64,000 nucleotides of DNA. Origin: Sminthopsis crassicaudata (Eukaryota). Where the stretch lies: positions 292,593,765 through 292,657,764 of the forward strand of contig NC_133620.1 in assembly GCF_048593235.1 (NCBI RefSeq), read 5' to 3'. The notes below the pieces were generated by a model. That model was not told where the DNA came from, did no database searches, and saw nothing but the letters and a program-made list of their open reading frames with translations. The position numbers and the translations under genes were made by a program. This document shows positions 35,268 to 48,425 of this stretch, piece after piece (position 1 is the first letter of the stretch; the number at the start of each line of letters is the position of its first letter).

Positions 35268-36899
35268 GCAAGGATGACTTGTTTGAAGAAGATGAGACTG
35301 TAGCTGAGATTTAAAGGAATCCATGGAAGCTAGAAAGTAGAGATGAGGAAAGAGATAGTTTCCAGGCATGAAAACTACTAGTACCAGGAAGGTAGGAAGA
35401 GGCCAAGTATGTTGAATTCTTCTGTCAATGTCTATTAATGTCCTTGAGGAAGGATAGTGATTGCATCCTGGACTCCTTCTAGGTAAAAATTAACTTCTTG
35501 ACTAGTGTCTGTCATGGGAATAAGACAAAAGGCATGAGCAAAAGCAATAACCTCATACAATTTGTTTAGGGCATGGGCTATTTATAAAGTAGAAGACTGG
35601 AAATGTATGGAGGAGTCAGGTTATAAAGGATTTTCAAATCCAGATAATTTTATGTTTAATGTTGAAAGTAATAAGGAGCAACTGGAATTTTTGAATAAGG
35701 GGATGATAGGGTCAGATCCACATATTAAGAATATCAATATGACAGCTGAGTGGAAGAATTAGGAGAGATTTGAAACAGGGAGACTAATTAGTAGACTACT
35801 GGAAAAATCTTCAATATTCTCTGTTATATGTTTTAGTCTCCAGATCATCAAGGTTTCTTGGCTCCCATATGGAAACACAGTAACCAGAAAATTCCTTTCT
35901 AACAAGAAGAGTCTAATAGTTCATAATCCTAGAACTTGGCTATGGCTACCATTAATAGCTAAAGGTAGACTTCAAAAAGTCAGAAAGAATGCTGATGACT
36001 ATAATAGAATACTAATTGGCTACAAGAAATGAAGAAAAGTTGTAGATTCAGAGAAACTTGGTAGAACTCGTATAGCTTTTTGCAGTGTGGAATGAAATTG
36101 AACCAATAGAACAATCTATACAATGACTACAATACTGTAAAGAAAAGAAACTTTAAAAGAGTTGAGAACTCTGGCCAATGCAATGACCAACCAGAACTCT
36201 AGAAGACAGATAAATGATGAAGAGAGAGGTGATGGATTAGAGGTGCAAAATTTTGGATCTCACCAATGTGTGCGTTTCTTTTGCTTGATGATGCTTATTT
36301 ATTATAAGAGTTCGTTTAATTAATTTCTTTTCTTATTATTGTTTTGGTGTGGGTGTGTGAGAGAGAGACAGAGACAGAGAAAGAGAGAATTAGGAGGATG
36401 AAATTGCTACTAATAGTGATGCCTCCTCCCCACCAAAAAAAGGAGAAAAAGAAAGAGATGAGCATCAATGAAGCATTTAAAAGAAGGCACAGACATGAAC
36501 AAAAGGAAGTTCAAAGAGAGATAGTCAAGCAGAATAATTTTAAAATTATCTTGTTCAATTAATTATATATCCTAAAAAAAGGAAATAAATGATGTGGAGA
36601 TTTGAGGTTTCTTTATGCAATTCACATCTACTGAAGATTCTGGTAAGGAAGATTTTGCTACTGCAAAATTTATCAGTATTGTAAATGGTTAAAAATTTAT
36701 CAATGGAAATAATATTATATCAGATGCACCTAAAGAGTACTGGGTCTTTTCATCTGATTGGCAGCTAATTATATGCTGTCTCTCCCATTAGAATATAACA
36801 TTCATGGGACAAAAAACTTTAGCATTTCTATTTGTATACCCAGTTTGAACATACTAAATGCTTAATTATACCTATTCATTTTGTTCTTAATATATAGAA

Positions 36900-37560
36900 A
36901 TGTTTATATTATTTAAAATTCAATTTTATTTTATTTTCAATTCTAAATCCTCTCCTTCCCTTCAACTTCTATTAAGGAAGCATGAAATACAACATCCATT
37001 ATGCATATGAAGTCATGCAAAACAAATTTCTATGAGAAGGAAAGGAAAAAAAAAGAAAAATCATTTTACACTCACAATCCATCAGTTCTCTATCTGGAAC
37101 TGGTGGATATAATCTTTTTTTGTCATGGGATTCTTTGGAGCTGTGATGGGTCATTGTGTTACTAAGTGGTTACTAAGACTTTCACACTTGATTATCTTAT
37201 CAATATTACTATTCCTATGGAAATTATTCTGTTGGTTCTGTTCACTTCACTTGGTATATGTTCATTTAAATCACCACAGCTTTTTCTGAAACCATTCTCA
37301 CTTAAAATTTTTTTAATCAAACAAATGTTTATTATTTATTACAAAGAAAAAATAAAAACAATCCCTACCATCAAGGGCATACTAATCAGAGAAATAACAT
37401 GTATCCTTTATCAAGAATATAGACCCTTTATCAGTTCTTATAGCACAATAGTGTTCCATATCCCATAACTTGTTCATCCATTCATTTAATGGGCATGTCC
37501 TCGTTTCCAATTGCTGCCACAAAAAGAGTTTCTATAAATATTAAGGCAGCTAGGTACAGC
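36900..37560 (-). mobile_element. Older L1 3' end
   Basis: Degraded ORF2-end/3' UTR blocks (GTTCTGTTCACTTCACTTGG, CATAACTTGTTCATCCATTC). Confidence 0.55.
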
Positions 37561-37869
37561 AGATTGGAATCAAGAAGGCTCATCTTCATGAATTCAAATC
37601 CAGTCTCAGACACTTATTAGCTATTTACCCTAGGTATATAGTTTACCTCAGTTTGTCTCCTGTGAAATAAACTACAAAAGGAAATGATAAAGTACTCTAG
37701 TTTCTTTGCCAAGAAAACTCCAAAAAGGGTTCACAAGTAGTCAGACACAAACTGAAATGACTCAACAACAGAAATGTTTTTGTATTTATGGGTCTTTTCC
37801 TTTTTTTCTGTGATTTCTTTGGAAAATGTAAAATTAATATTGAAATAACCTTTTATGACAATACTACCT

Positions 37870-39150
37870 AAACTAATATATTTATTTAGTTCTATACCAA
37901 TCAAACTCCCAAGAAACTATTTTACTGACCTAAAAAAATAACAACAAAATTCATCTGGAAGAACAAAAGGTCAAGAATTTCAAGGAAACTAATGAAAAAA
38001 AAAAATCAAATGAAGATGGGCTAGTTGTACCAGATCCAAAACTATATTATAAAACAGCAGTTATCAAAACCATTTGGTACTGGCTAAGAAATAGACTAGT
38101 TGATCAGTGGAATAGGTTAGGTTCAATGGTCAAAATAGTCAATAACTATAGCAATTTAGTGTTTAACAAACCCAAAGACCTCAGATTTTGGGATAAGAAT
38201 TCACTATTTGACAAAAACTGCTGGGAAAATTGGAAATTAATATGGCAGAAATTAGGCACTGACTCACACTTAGCACCATATACCAAGATAAGATCAAAAT
38301 GGGTTCATGATCTAGACATAAAGAATGATATTATAAATAAATTAGAGGAACATAGGATAGTTTACCTCTCAGACCTGTGGAGGAGGAAGGAATTTGTGAC
38401 CAAAGAAGAACTAAAGATCATCATTGATCACAAAATGGGTAATTTTGATTATACTAAGTTAAAAAGTTTTTGTACAAACAAAACTAATGCAGCTAAGATT
38501 AGAAGGGAAACAATAAACTGAGAAAACATTTTTACATTCAAAGGTTCTGATAAAGGCCTCATTTCTAAAATATATAGAGAATTGACTCAAATTTATAAGA
38601 AATCAAGCCATTCTCCAATTAATAAATGGTCAAAGGATATGAATAGACAATTTTCAGATGAAGAAATTAAAACTATTTCTAATCATATGAAAAGATGTTC
38701 CAAATGATTAGTGATCAGAGAAATGCAAATTAAGACAACTCTGAGTTTCCACCACACACACCTGTCAGATTGGCTACGATGACAGGAAAAGATAATGACA
38801 AATATTGGAGGAGATGTGGGAAAACTGGGACACTGATACATTGTTGGTGGAATTGTGAACAAATTCAACCATTCTGGAGAGCAATTTGGAACTATGCTCA
38901 AAAAATTATCAAAATGTGCATATCCTTTGACCCAGCAGTGCTACTATTGGGCTTGTATCCCAAAGAGATCTTAAAGGAGGGAAAGGGACCCACATGTGCA
39001 AAAAATGTTTGTGGCAGCCCTTTTTGTAGTGGCAAGAAACTGGAAACTGAATGGATGCCTGTCAACTGGAGAGTGACTGAATAAGTTATGGTATATGAAT
39101 GTAATGGAATATTATTGGTCTGTAAGAAACGACCAACAGGATGATTTCAA
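37870..39150 (+). mobile_element. L1 ORF2 C-terminal fragment (frameshifted)
   Basis: ORF 38126-38521 (NSLFDKNCWENW, PYTKIRSKWVHDL, KLKSFCT) and 38770-39084 (WRRCGKTGTLIHCWWNC, FDPAVLLLGLYPKE) are LINE-1 ORF2 motifs. Confidence 0.92.
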
Positions 39151-40595
39151 ATATTGTTATCTTCTTCTTAGTGTTTTTATTTAAAATTTGGGTATCATTA
39201 TTCATTTGGTAAATTGGTCTGTAGTTTTCCTTTGTTTTGGCTCTTGGTACATTTTAGATACCATATTTTTGTCATAGAGGGAATTTGATAAGACACCTAA
39301 TTTTTAAAAATAATTTATATAGTATTGGAATTAATTGTTTAATGTTTATAAGTTCATCTGAACCTATTTTTTATCCTTACCTTAGGAATAAACCTGTAGT
39401 TTATTCAAAGATCAGATTATTTTAGATTGTATTTCCTGTTCCATTAATATGAACAATTTATATTTTTATAAATTTCATCCATTTCATGTAGGTTGTGAAT
39501 TGTATTGGCATATAGCTGAGCAAATAATTCCTAGTAATTATTTTTATTCCTTCTTCATAGGTTGTGAATTCACTTTTCATTTTTTGATGCTGGTAACTTG
39601 GTTTTTGTTTTTTCTTTTCTTCAAATCAAACCATTAAATTTTATTGTTCCCACCCCCCCCCAAAAAAATTCCCAGTTTGTAGCTTTATTAGATCAGTGTT
39701 TTTGTTTTTTACTTTCAATTTTATTAATTTCTTCCTTGACTTTTCAGAATTTCTATCTTAGTTTTTAAATTGTAGATTTTAGATGTGTTGTTTTTCTATT
39801 TTTTCTTTTAGTTATATGCACAATTCATGAATTTGCTCTTTCTCACTTTTATTGATATAAGCATTTATAGAGTTTAAATTTTCCCCTAAGTACTGATTTG
39901 GTTGTATTCCACACATTTCAGTATGTTGTCTTCTTGTTGCCATTATCTTTAATGAAACTTTTGATTGTTTCTATCATTTGATCTTTGATTCACTCATTCT
40001 TTGGGATTGCTATTTAATTTAAAACTTTAGAAAGTTTATTCTTCAAAAGTCCTTTATTGAATAAATTTTTATTGCATCATTATCGGAAAAACATGTACTT
40101 AATACTTCTTTTATGCATTTATTTGTAAGCTTTTTAATTTCTATTAGAGGGTAAGTTTTTGTGAAAGTATCATGCACAGCTGAAACAGGTACACTCTTTT
40201 CTGTTTCTATTCAGTATTTACTAGATGTCTCTCATATCTAACTTTCCTAAAATTCTGTTCATTTCCTTTACTTCGTGTTTAGTTTTACCTATGTCTCAAA
40301 GGAGTAAATTGAAGTTTTCTAAAATTATAATTTTATTGTCTATTTCCTCATATAACTTATTTAAATCTTCCTTCAAGAATTTGTTATGCTATTTGGTGCA
40401 TATATATTCAGTATTGCTATCAATTAATTTTCTATAGTAGGTTTTAGAAAAATGTAATTTCAGGTATTGTCTCTTTTAAGTCTATTTTTGCTTTTGCTTT
40501 GTCTGAAATCAAAATTGCTGCCTCTGCCTTTTTTTTTTTGGGAGGGGGGGTTCTTCAGCAGAAGCATAATAAAGTCTTCTTCAAATCCATCTTTT

Positions 40596-41031
40596 TTTTT
40601 TTTTTAATTTTTTTTATTATATATATATATTTTTTTTTATAATATTATCCCTTGTATTCATTTTTCCAAATTACCCCCCCTCCCTCTATTCCCTACCCCC
40701 GATGACAGGCAATCCCATACATTTTACATGTGTTACAATATAGTCTAGGTACAATACATGTGTGTGAATATCATTTTCTTGTTGCACAATAAACATTAGA
40801 ATCCGAAGGTACATGCAACCTGGGCAGACAGATATTAGTGCTAACAGTTTACATTCACTTCCCAGTGTTTCTTCTCTGGGTGTAGCTACCTCTGTCCATC
40901 ATTGATCAACTGGAAGTGAGTTGGATCTTCTTTATGTTGAAGATTTCCACTTCCATCAGAATACATCCTCATACAGTATTGTTGTTGAAGTGTACAGTGA
41001 TCTTCTGGTTCTGCTCATTTCACTCAGCATC
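40596..41031 (-). mobile_element. Young L1 3' end nested in older L1, 12-bp TSD
   Basis: TSD AATCCATCTTTT at 40584-40595 and 41032-41043, followed by AA (TTTT/AA endonuclease site). Confidence 0.85.
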
Positions 41032-41809
41032 AATCCATCTTTTAACTCCATGTATATCTTTCTGTTTCATGTGTATTTCTTGTAAACAACATGTTGTTGG
41101 ATTCTGGTTTCCAATTTATTTTACTTCGAATAATAATACTTCCTAGATCCAGGTGTTTTTTTTTTTTTTTTTGTGCAGCAAGATAACTGTATAAATATGT
41201 ATACATATATTGGATTTAACACTATTTTAACATAGTTAACATGTTTTGGACTATTTACCATCTAGGAAGGGGGTTGGAGGAAAGGAGGGGAAAATTTGGA
41301 ACAGAAGGTTCTATTTTTCTACTGTATAAATGATTTCATCCCATTCACATATAGTGTTAAATTTATAACTGTTTATTTCCCTTTCAATTGTTCTTTTCTA
41401 TTTAACCTTTTGTTTTTTATCCTGTTCCTTCATCAAGAATACTTTTGTTTTGCTTCTCACAATTATGTCCCTCAATTTGCCCTTCCACTTCTCTTCCTCC
41501 CTTTTTTCATAACTCCTTTCCCTATTACTTCTGTATTGAGTAAGATGAATTTCTCTACCCAACTGTGTTTGTATGTATCTTTTTTCTTTCTTGGACCATT
41601 TCAGATGAAGGTGAAGTTAAAGTGTTCTTCATTTCTTCCTCCATTCTTCCCTCCATTGTACAAATCCTTTCTTGCATACTCAATTTATGTGAGAATATTT
41701 TCCTTATCCTTCCTCTCTTCCACTAGCCCAGTATATTCCTCATTCTCTCCAAAAAATGAAAAAATCAAATTGATTCTATTCTCTAATTGATTTCAATTTT
41801 TATCACTAC

Positions 41810-42365
41810 TGGCATTTTGTATAACTAAGTAAGCCACATTTCATTTGTTGCTGAGTTGTTTGGAAGTTCAGTTTTCCTGCTAATCATTGTTCTATACTTG
41901 TGTCAAGGAAATCTGTTGTCTTTGAAAGATGCAGATGAATGCTAGCGTGGCTGGTTTATTTTCTCTACAGCACTGGCCATCCTTCAAGAAAGTCTAGTCT
42001 CTTATCCCTATGATACTAACTAGGCATATAAATGGACACCACCCATGAACTTTCCATAATTACAAGATGGAAGGACTTTCTGCTAGTGCTGCATTCCAAA
42101 TTTCCAGCCAATCATATTGTCCCCCACATCAGTGATGCTTCTGATTTGTAATCAACCATATTTTTTTCCTCATTTATCATGCTGCCTTCTAAATTTGGGA
42201 TGCTCTGCTTTTTCATCTATAAAAACGATCCATCAGACTTTATTCAGTGTTTTAACTAGCTGAGGAGGTTGAGACCATGTTTACTGGCAAATTCATGCTT
42301 TGTGATTAAATTTATCATTCTTGAAGCTTTGTGCTTCAGTTTACCTAAATCCCCTTTCTATTATT
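41810..42365 (+). mobile_element. Candidate solo LTR inserted in old L1
   Basis: Interrupts L1 texture. CCAAT (~42107-42115), TATAAAA (~42218-42224) and ATTAAA (~42305-42310) occur in LTR order. Boundaries approximate. Confidence 0.5.
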
Positions 42366-43068
42366 TTAGAGATCATCCTAATATAATAGAATCCTACCCA
42401 TAACCTTAGACTAAGAAGACTTTTTTTTTAAGATCCCTAGTAATTAAGTTCAATATATATCATCCTCCCATATGAATATATAAACAATTTAACCTTATTT
42501 AGTTCCTTTGATTTCTCACTCATATTTGCCTTTTTTTTGCTCTTCTCTTGAGCTTTGTGTTTCAGTGTCACATTTTCCATTCAGCTCTGATCATTTCATC
42601 AGGAATTCTTGAAAGTCTTCTTTTTCATTAAATATTACTTTTTTTTTTCCTTTTGTAGGATTATATTCACTTTTTCTGGGTAGTTATTCTTGGCAGTAAT
42701 TCTAGCTGTGTTGCATCTAGAATATCATAACCCTGCCCTGGATTTTGGCTACAATATTTTTGAGAATTTTTATTTTGGAATCTCAAAGGGTGACCTGTGG
42801 ATTCATTTAGTTTCTAATTTTCCTTCTGGTTCTAAGATATCTGAACAATTTTCTTTTATAATTTCTTGAAATATGATGTCTAAACTCTTTTTGTTGTTCT
42901 TGGCTTTCAGGTAGTCTAAGATTCTTAAATTCTTGATATATTTTTTCCAGATCAATTGTTTTTCCTAAGAGATACTTCAGTTTCTTGTATTTTTTTCATT
43001 CCTTTTACTTTATTATTTCTTTATGTTTTAGGGAGTTATTGACTTCTACTTGGCCAATTATAATTTTT

Positions 43069-43300
43069 TTATTTCTTTTTAAAATTTTTTTGTTGTTGTT
43101 TTTGTACACAAAGAATCAGACTTTGAAATAGTGTACAATTAGCCTGTGAAGAAAATCCAAAATTCAGGTGGACAAAAATATAGGGATTGGGAATTCCATA
43201 TAGGGGTTCATAGTCAACTCCCAGAATTCTTTGGCTGGGTGTAGCTGGTTCAGTTCATTACTGCTCTATTGGAACTGATTTGGTTCATTTCATTGTTGAA
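43069..43300 (-). mobile_element. Short L1 3' end nested in older L1, 17-bp TSD
   Basis: TSD GGCCAATTATAATTTTT at 43052-43068 and 43301-43317. Body matches the 24 kb L1 3' UTR (GCTGGGTGTAGCTGGTTCAGTTCATTACTGCTCTATTGGAACTGA). Confidence 0.85.
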
Positions 43301-43777
43301 GGCCAATTATAATTTTTAAGAAATTATTTTTTCTGTATTGTTTTATACCTCTTTTACCAAATTGTTAATTCTCTTTTTATAATTGCATAGCTCTCATTTC
43401 TTTCTCCACTACTTTTATTTGATTTTTAGAATTTTTTGTTCTTAAAAAAACAAAATTTCCTCCACTACTCTCATTTAATTTTTTGAACTTTTTTTTTGTT
43501 GTTGTTGTTCTTAAAAAAAACAAACCTCTTAGGAATTCGACTTGTTTCCAATCTACCTTTTTCTTTGAGGCTTTGCCTCTAGTCTGTCTTCTATGTTTGT
43601 ATTTTGTATTTCCCTGTCACCATAAGAACCTTTTTTTTATTGAATTCTTATTTTACTTATTCATTCTTCCAGACTATTTGTTGATTTTGGACTTTATGTT
43701 AGTGTTCAACTTTCCTCACTTCTCAGGTGAGGGAAGGAGATATCTGGCCTGAATTTATCTATATATAAATCTATCTA

Positions 43778-43778
<1 letters not shown>

Positions 43779-43831
<53 letters not shown>
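43779..43831. repeat. (ATCT)n tetranucleotide microsatellite
   Basis: Direct reading. Confidence 0.95.
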
Positions 43832-43832
<1 letters not shown>

Positions 43833-44509
43833 TTTTTTTTAGGTCCTTGTGTTCCTTTCAAAGCTCAGTCTGGGGACCTGCAAGTTTTCAGTTATTCTAC
43901 ATGGATATGATCTGTTCATCTCCTCTTAGTCAACTTTGCCAGTGTTGTGTGTATGGTTAAATTTCTATAGAATGATATTAGATTCAGTCACTGCTAGCAT
44001 GCTGAAAGATTTTGCAGGTTCAGGCTGACTTTTCTGATTTTGATATCCTGCCATGATTTATTTGACTGCAAGTTTATGTGTGGGGCTAAAGGTTTGAACT
44101 GACGCCCTTTCTAAGGCTCAGAACCACACACAACCACTTGCTCCATACACAAGTAGGGCCCCCGTTCACTTTCAGCCACTCCTCTCTATCTTGGACCTGT
44201 GATCTGGGAATGGGGATAGAATTGCCAGACAGCATCTTTTTGTGCTTTTATATGCTAGTATAGGGCTCCGCAGATATCTCTTTTGGTTCAGGTAAATCAG
44301 AGTTTCTGGCTACTGAAAAACTGTTGCTGTGGTGGCTGCCATAGCCCTCTGTCACTGCTGCCTTGTAACCATCTCCACTCTTCTGGCCAGCCCTTACCCA
44401 CATACATCAGAATGTATCTTGCTAAGCTGTCTGGGGCTAGAAAAATGACTTGCTGTTGTGCCACCCTTCTCATATCCTGCCCTGTAATCTCCCCCTCAGA
44501 AATTACTGA

Positions 44510-44854
44510 TTGCCAGTCTTGCCAGGCCTTCGGAAATCTCCAGCCACTGCCTCATCGAGCAGTGGTTCTTTGTTCAAAAGACTGGACACAGTGGCTTGGG
44601 AGCTCAAGTCTTTATTCCATGGGATCACATCCTACACTCCTCTACTTCTTGGTCCCCTATATTGGGTCTATGAGGTCACACCCACAGCCAATAAGAGGAG
44701 ACATCTCCCATTGATGATGCATCCTCAATGTGACTAGAGTTCCCACTCACATGGTGGTCCCTACTAGCTGGGAGATTACATCTGGGTGCCTCAGGCATCA
44801 AAGCCTTTTTACTTCCTCTTTGCATTATGCGAGATTCCTCTCCGGACCCTTACA
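44510..44854 (-). mobile_element. 3' LTR of the ERV
   Basis: On the minus strand the polypurine tract AGAAAAGGGAG (44856-44866) is followed by TGTAAGGG (start 44854), then ATTGG (CCAAT box), AATATAGG and AATAAA (44611-44616). The 3' (CA) end is uncertain. Confidence 0.7.
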
Positions 44855-47800
44855 ACTCCCTTTTCTAGTTTAGTGAAGACCACTCATAGCATCAAACTAG
44901 CTTTCACATCAACGACAACTTTCTTAATTAATGAGATTACAAGGTGTATAAAAATAAGATAAAGCAAACAAAAGTAAAATAGAAAGATCTGGGCTCAACA
45001 GGGACCAAAACCAAGAAAAGGTAACATGGTGTTCAACTCCAGCCCACCACATGACTAGTGGGAGGCCATGGGAGAAGTGCCCAAGTCCATTGTCCAGTTT
45101 TGTCAGCCTCGAGGCATTGCACATCAATCAGGGAGTCCAACACTGGGGCTGTGTTCACCGTCTTTGGTGTCATGGTCAGGAGGAACATGGCTACTGCAGG
45201 GCTGCTGACATCCGGCCAATCCTTCTGGGCCATCGTTGGGGATGATGTCATTGTCTAGTCCTTTCCTTCTTGATTCCCCAGGTCCTGGATGTTCCTGGTT
45301 GGGATCCACTCCTCTGCTGTTGGGTCTGCATCTGGAACAACAAGAGCACACCCGGGTCCCCAAACCCTCACCCAACTGGGGGCCCTTCCAGATGCTGTCT
45401 AAGCCCTTCCTCATCACTGTGGAGAAAGGGCTCTTGTCCTTGTTGACCAGTTTATTGTTCAACTGTGCCTTTTGCATGTGCCAAAAATGCCTTGCTGGAG
45501 TAAGATTCACAGAATATGAAAATTGCATCTAAGCAAGCCTTCATGAGTTGGGTGAAGGGTCGTGGGAACCCCAATACTCCCTTTTCTTGTTTAGACGGGA
45601 GCATCTTAAAAGTAAGATTAGCCTTCAACAATGGCTCGACCAGTAGGGTTATATGGCAATGCCAAATTCAATGCAAAAGGCAGAAGATGTATAAGCTGGT
45701 CCATTATCTGTCTTAAGTGCAGGTGGGATTCCCACAATGGAAAAACAATGATAAAGATGGCTGATCACATGCCTAACACTTCCTAAGATTGGAGTGAAGC
45801 CATGAGGAATTGAGAATGTGTATTCATGGTTACATGGGATGCTCTGCCTATTAACAAGGGTGAAGTCCATTTGCCAAATTTCTTTGGGTCTCAAATCATG
45901 AGTATTCTTCCCTAGAAGGAGCATAGGAACATGGAAAGGAAGGCAAGCTATAAGCCTTTTACTATGCTCCTGACTTCCTCTTTTGTTATCCCAAATTGCA
46001 GATGTAAAGCTCAAGCAGCCTGATGATATTTAGAATGAGATTATTGGGCTGTCTGAAATAAAGGAGTTTTGGCTGACATGGTTAGAAGACAGTCTGCCTT
46101 TGAATTTCCATGGATGTATAAGATATAATACTTACCTGGACTCTTTCTCACTTGCTCTTGAAGTTCCTTAAAGAGCTGATATATATTGGAAGCTACAAAT
46201 TTTATTTGGGCTGTGGCAATTCTTTGTACCACACCTACTGAAGAGGCCGAATCACATATTATATTTACATCTCCTGGATATTAAGAGCTAGCATGATTGC
46301 ATTCAATTCATTCTGCTGAGTGTATTGAAAAGAAATTCTGATTACTCTCTTTATAGTTCAGTCACAAGAGAAGACAGCATAAATATCATGTTTGGACGCA
46401 TCTGTAAAAATGGTTGGTTCTGTAAAAGAAACCTTAGAAATCTTTTCTTCAAAAATCCATTGCCAATTATGTAATAGCTGGGTTATCTTTAATGGAGCTC
46501 CAAATGTAAAATTTGGAGCTGTGGCCAATAAAATTTGCTACTCTGGGATGGTTTCACAATATACATTAATTTGTGCATTGGTATAAAAGGTGTATTATCT
46601 TGTCAGGTCTTATCCCAGATAATTGTACTGCTGGTTTAATAGCCCTTGATGAAATTCTAGCCACAAGCACTGAATTAGGAATAAGGTTTTGTTTTGGTTG
46701 TGCTGGGAGGTTCACCTACTCTATCACATTATCTGATGAAGGATTGCTGTGGGTACCTCTTGTGTAGCAAAGACTGATATTTCCAAGGCTTTCTGAGTAA
46801 CTCAACCACATTGGATAAAGTCAGTTTAACTTCTCTCAAAGCCTCTTGAGCTTCTTTTGTAAGCTTGTGTGGTGAGTTTAAAGCACTGTCTCCCCTTAAA
46901 ATGTTATATAATGGTGGTAACTGATAGATAGGTAAGCCTAAGACTGGACACATCCATTGGATATCTCCTATTAATTTCTGAAAGGTGTTTACCTTCTGTG
47001 TTCTTAAGGAAAGTTTTTGTACTGTAAACACCTTAGGATATACTTCAGATCCTAAATATTGAAAACTAGCATGTCTTTGAATTTTTTTTTTTTCTGGAGC
47101 TATGTGCAATTTGTAGTTCCTTAATGTTTCTTTGTAGACATTTTTGTCTTTTGTAGACATGCTTCTAACATTTGCTCCTCAGGTACACACCCCAAGATAT
47201 CATCCATGTAATGTAATAAATTACTTTTGGAAATGCTTTTCTTAAGGGAGTAAGAGCAGCAGCCACATAGTACAGCTATTTTTCATTCCTTGTGGCAAAA
47301 CCATCCATTCAAATCTTTTATAAGGCTCAGATAAATTAACACTGGGCACTGAAAGACAAATCTTTTCATATCCTCCTTATCTAGAGGGATAGAATAGGAA
47401 CAATCTCTTTCCCACAGATTGATGGGGATTTTTTTTAATTACAAAGGAATAAAACCTCCTGTCTTATCTTCAAATTTCCATCTCAAAAGGGTAGCACTAA
47501 CATCAGCTACTATTGATCCTCCTATGCCAGACATATGGGTATTTTCTGTAATCTTCAGCTGATGACTGGGCCAACTGGCACCTCTAATGATTGTAAAATC
47601 TGCATCCATGTCTACAAATCCTTTCAGTGGTATGCCATTTACATAGATAGTAAGCATAGGCTGGTCAGTTGTAACAGCTGCAGTCCAGAATATTCCTGGA
47701 TTCTGTTGTTGGGGTCAAAATCTAGATAAATATCATAAAATTGCATTTCAGGAGTGTGTATTAGGAAGCCTGATGCTACTACGTATAGGTACTATATAGG

Positions 47801-47890
47801 TAGACATACAATGTCTACCTATATAAGTGACTGAGACATTAGCTACATATTCCCCAGTTTCCCAAATCAGTGTATAGATAGACACTGTTT
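44855..47890 (-). mobile_element. Degenerate betaretrovirus-like (ERV2) internal region: pro, RT, RNase H, integrase; no gag, 5' LTR or recognisable env
   Basis: Protease LKGFVDMDADFTII...PINLWG (47.41-47.66 kb). RT RF(V)FSVPSVN, LPQGMKNS, HYMDD (YMDD 47199-47210). RNase H IFTDAS. Integrase SHSKYH, EIWQMDFT, KTDNGPAY, PYNPTGRAIVE, WKGP, WIPTRNI. Many stops and frameshifts. Confidence 0.92.
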
Positions 47891-47959
47891 TGTAAGCATG
47901 AAAGAAAAAATAGATCAAACAATTTAAAAAAAAAAAAAACTCTCGAGAAAGATAAAGCT

Positions 47960-48425
47960 TTTTTTGGTTTTTTTTAAAGTATGTTGTAATCAGTATCTGG
48001 CTACTATCAGTTCTTTCTTTGGGTATTTATAGCATTTTTCATCATAACTCTTTCAGAGTTGTCTTTGGATCATTGTATTGCTGAAAATATTTGTATCTGA
48101 TCATCTTACAATATATTGCTGTTACTTTCCACACAGTACATTTTACTTTGTATCAGCTCATGGAAGTCATTCCAGGTTTTTCTGAAAAGCATCCCTGCTC
48201 ATCATTTCTAATAATATTCCATCATAATCATATACCACAATTTATTTGGCCATTCCCCAATTGATAGCCAGCTCCCCGATTTCCAATGTTTTGCTCCCCA
48301 GAAAAGAGCTGATAGAATTTTTTTTTAATTTTTTATATATAGGTCCTTTTCCTTTTTTATCTCTCTTGGGATACAGACCTAATAGTGGTACTGTTAGGTC
48401 AAAGGATATGCATAGTTTTGTCACC
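47960..48425 (-). mobile_element. L1 3' end fragment; the same or similar L1 continues in pieces at 49215-49328 and 50695-51120
   Basis: ORF2-end blocks CATTCCCCAATTGAT and GGTCAAAGGATATGCATAGTT; antisense frame FDLTVPLLGLYPK. Confidence 0.7.

Larger units (their letters stand above)
39150..44500 (-). mobile_element. Old degraded L1 (ORF2 5' part, ORF1, 5' UTR) with nested insertions; its 5' terminus appears to resume at ~48426-48482
   Basis: T-rich antisense L1 texture and ORF1-like antisense blocks at 42.6-43.7 kb. The 5' UTR-like sequence at 44.1-44.5 kb and the CTGCCATCTTGG...CC terminus at 48461-48482 are judged from recalled marsupial L1 structure. Confidence 0.6.

Noticed and set aside
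41296-41790. 164-aa Phe/Leu-rich ORF
   Set aside because: Antisense of T-rich degraded L1; low-complexity artefact.
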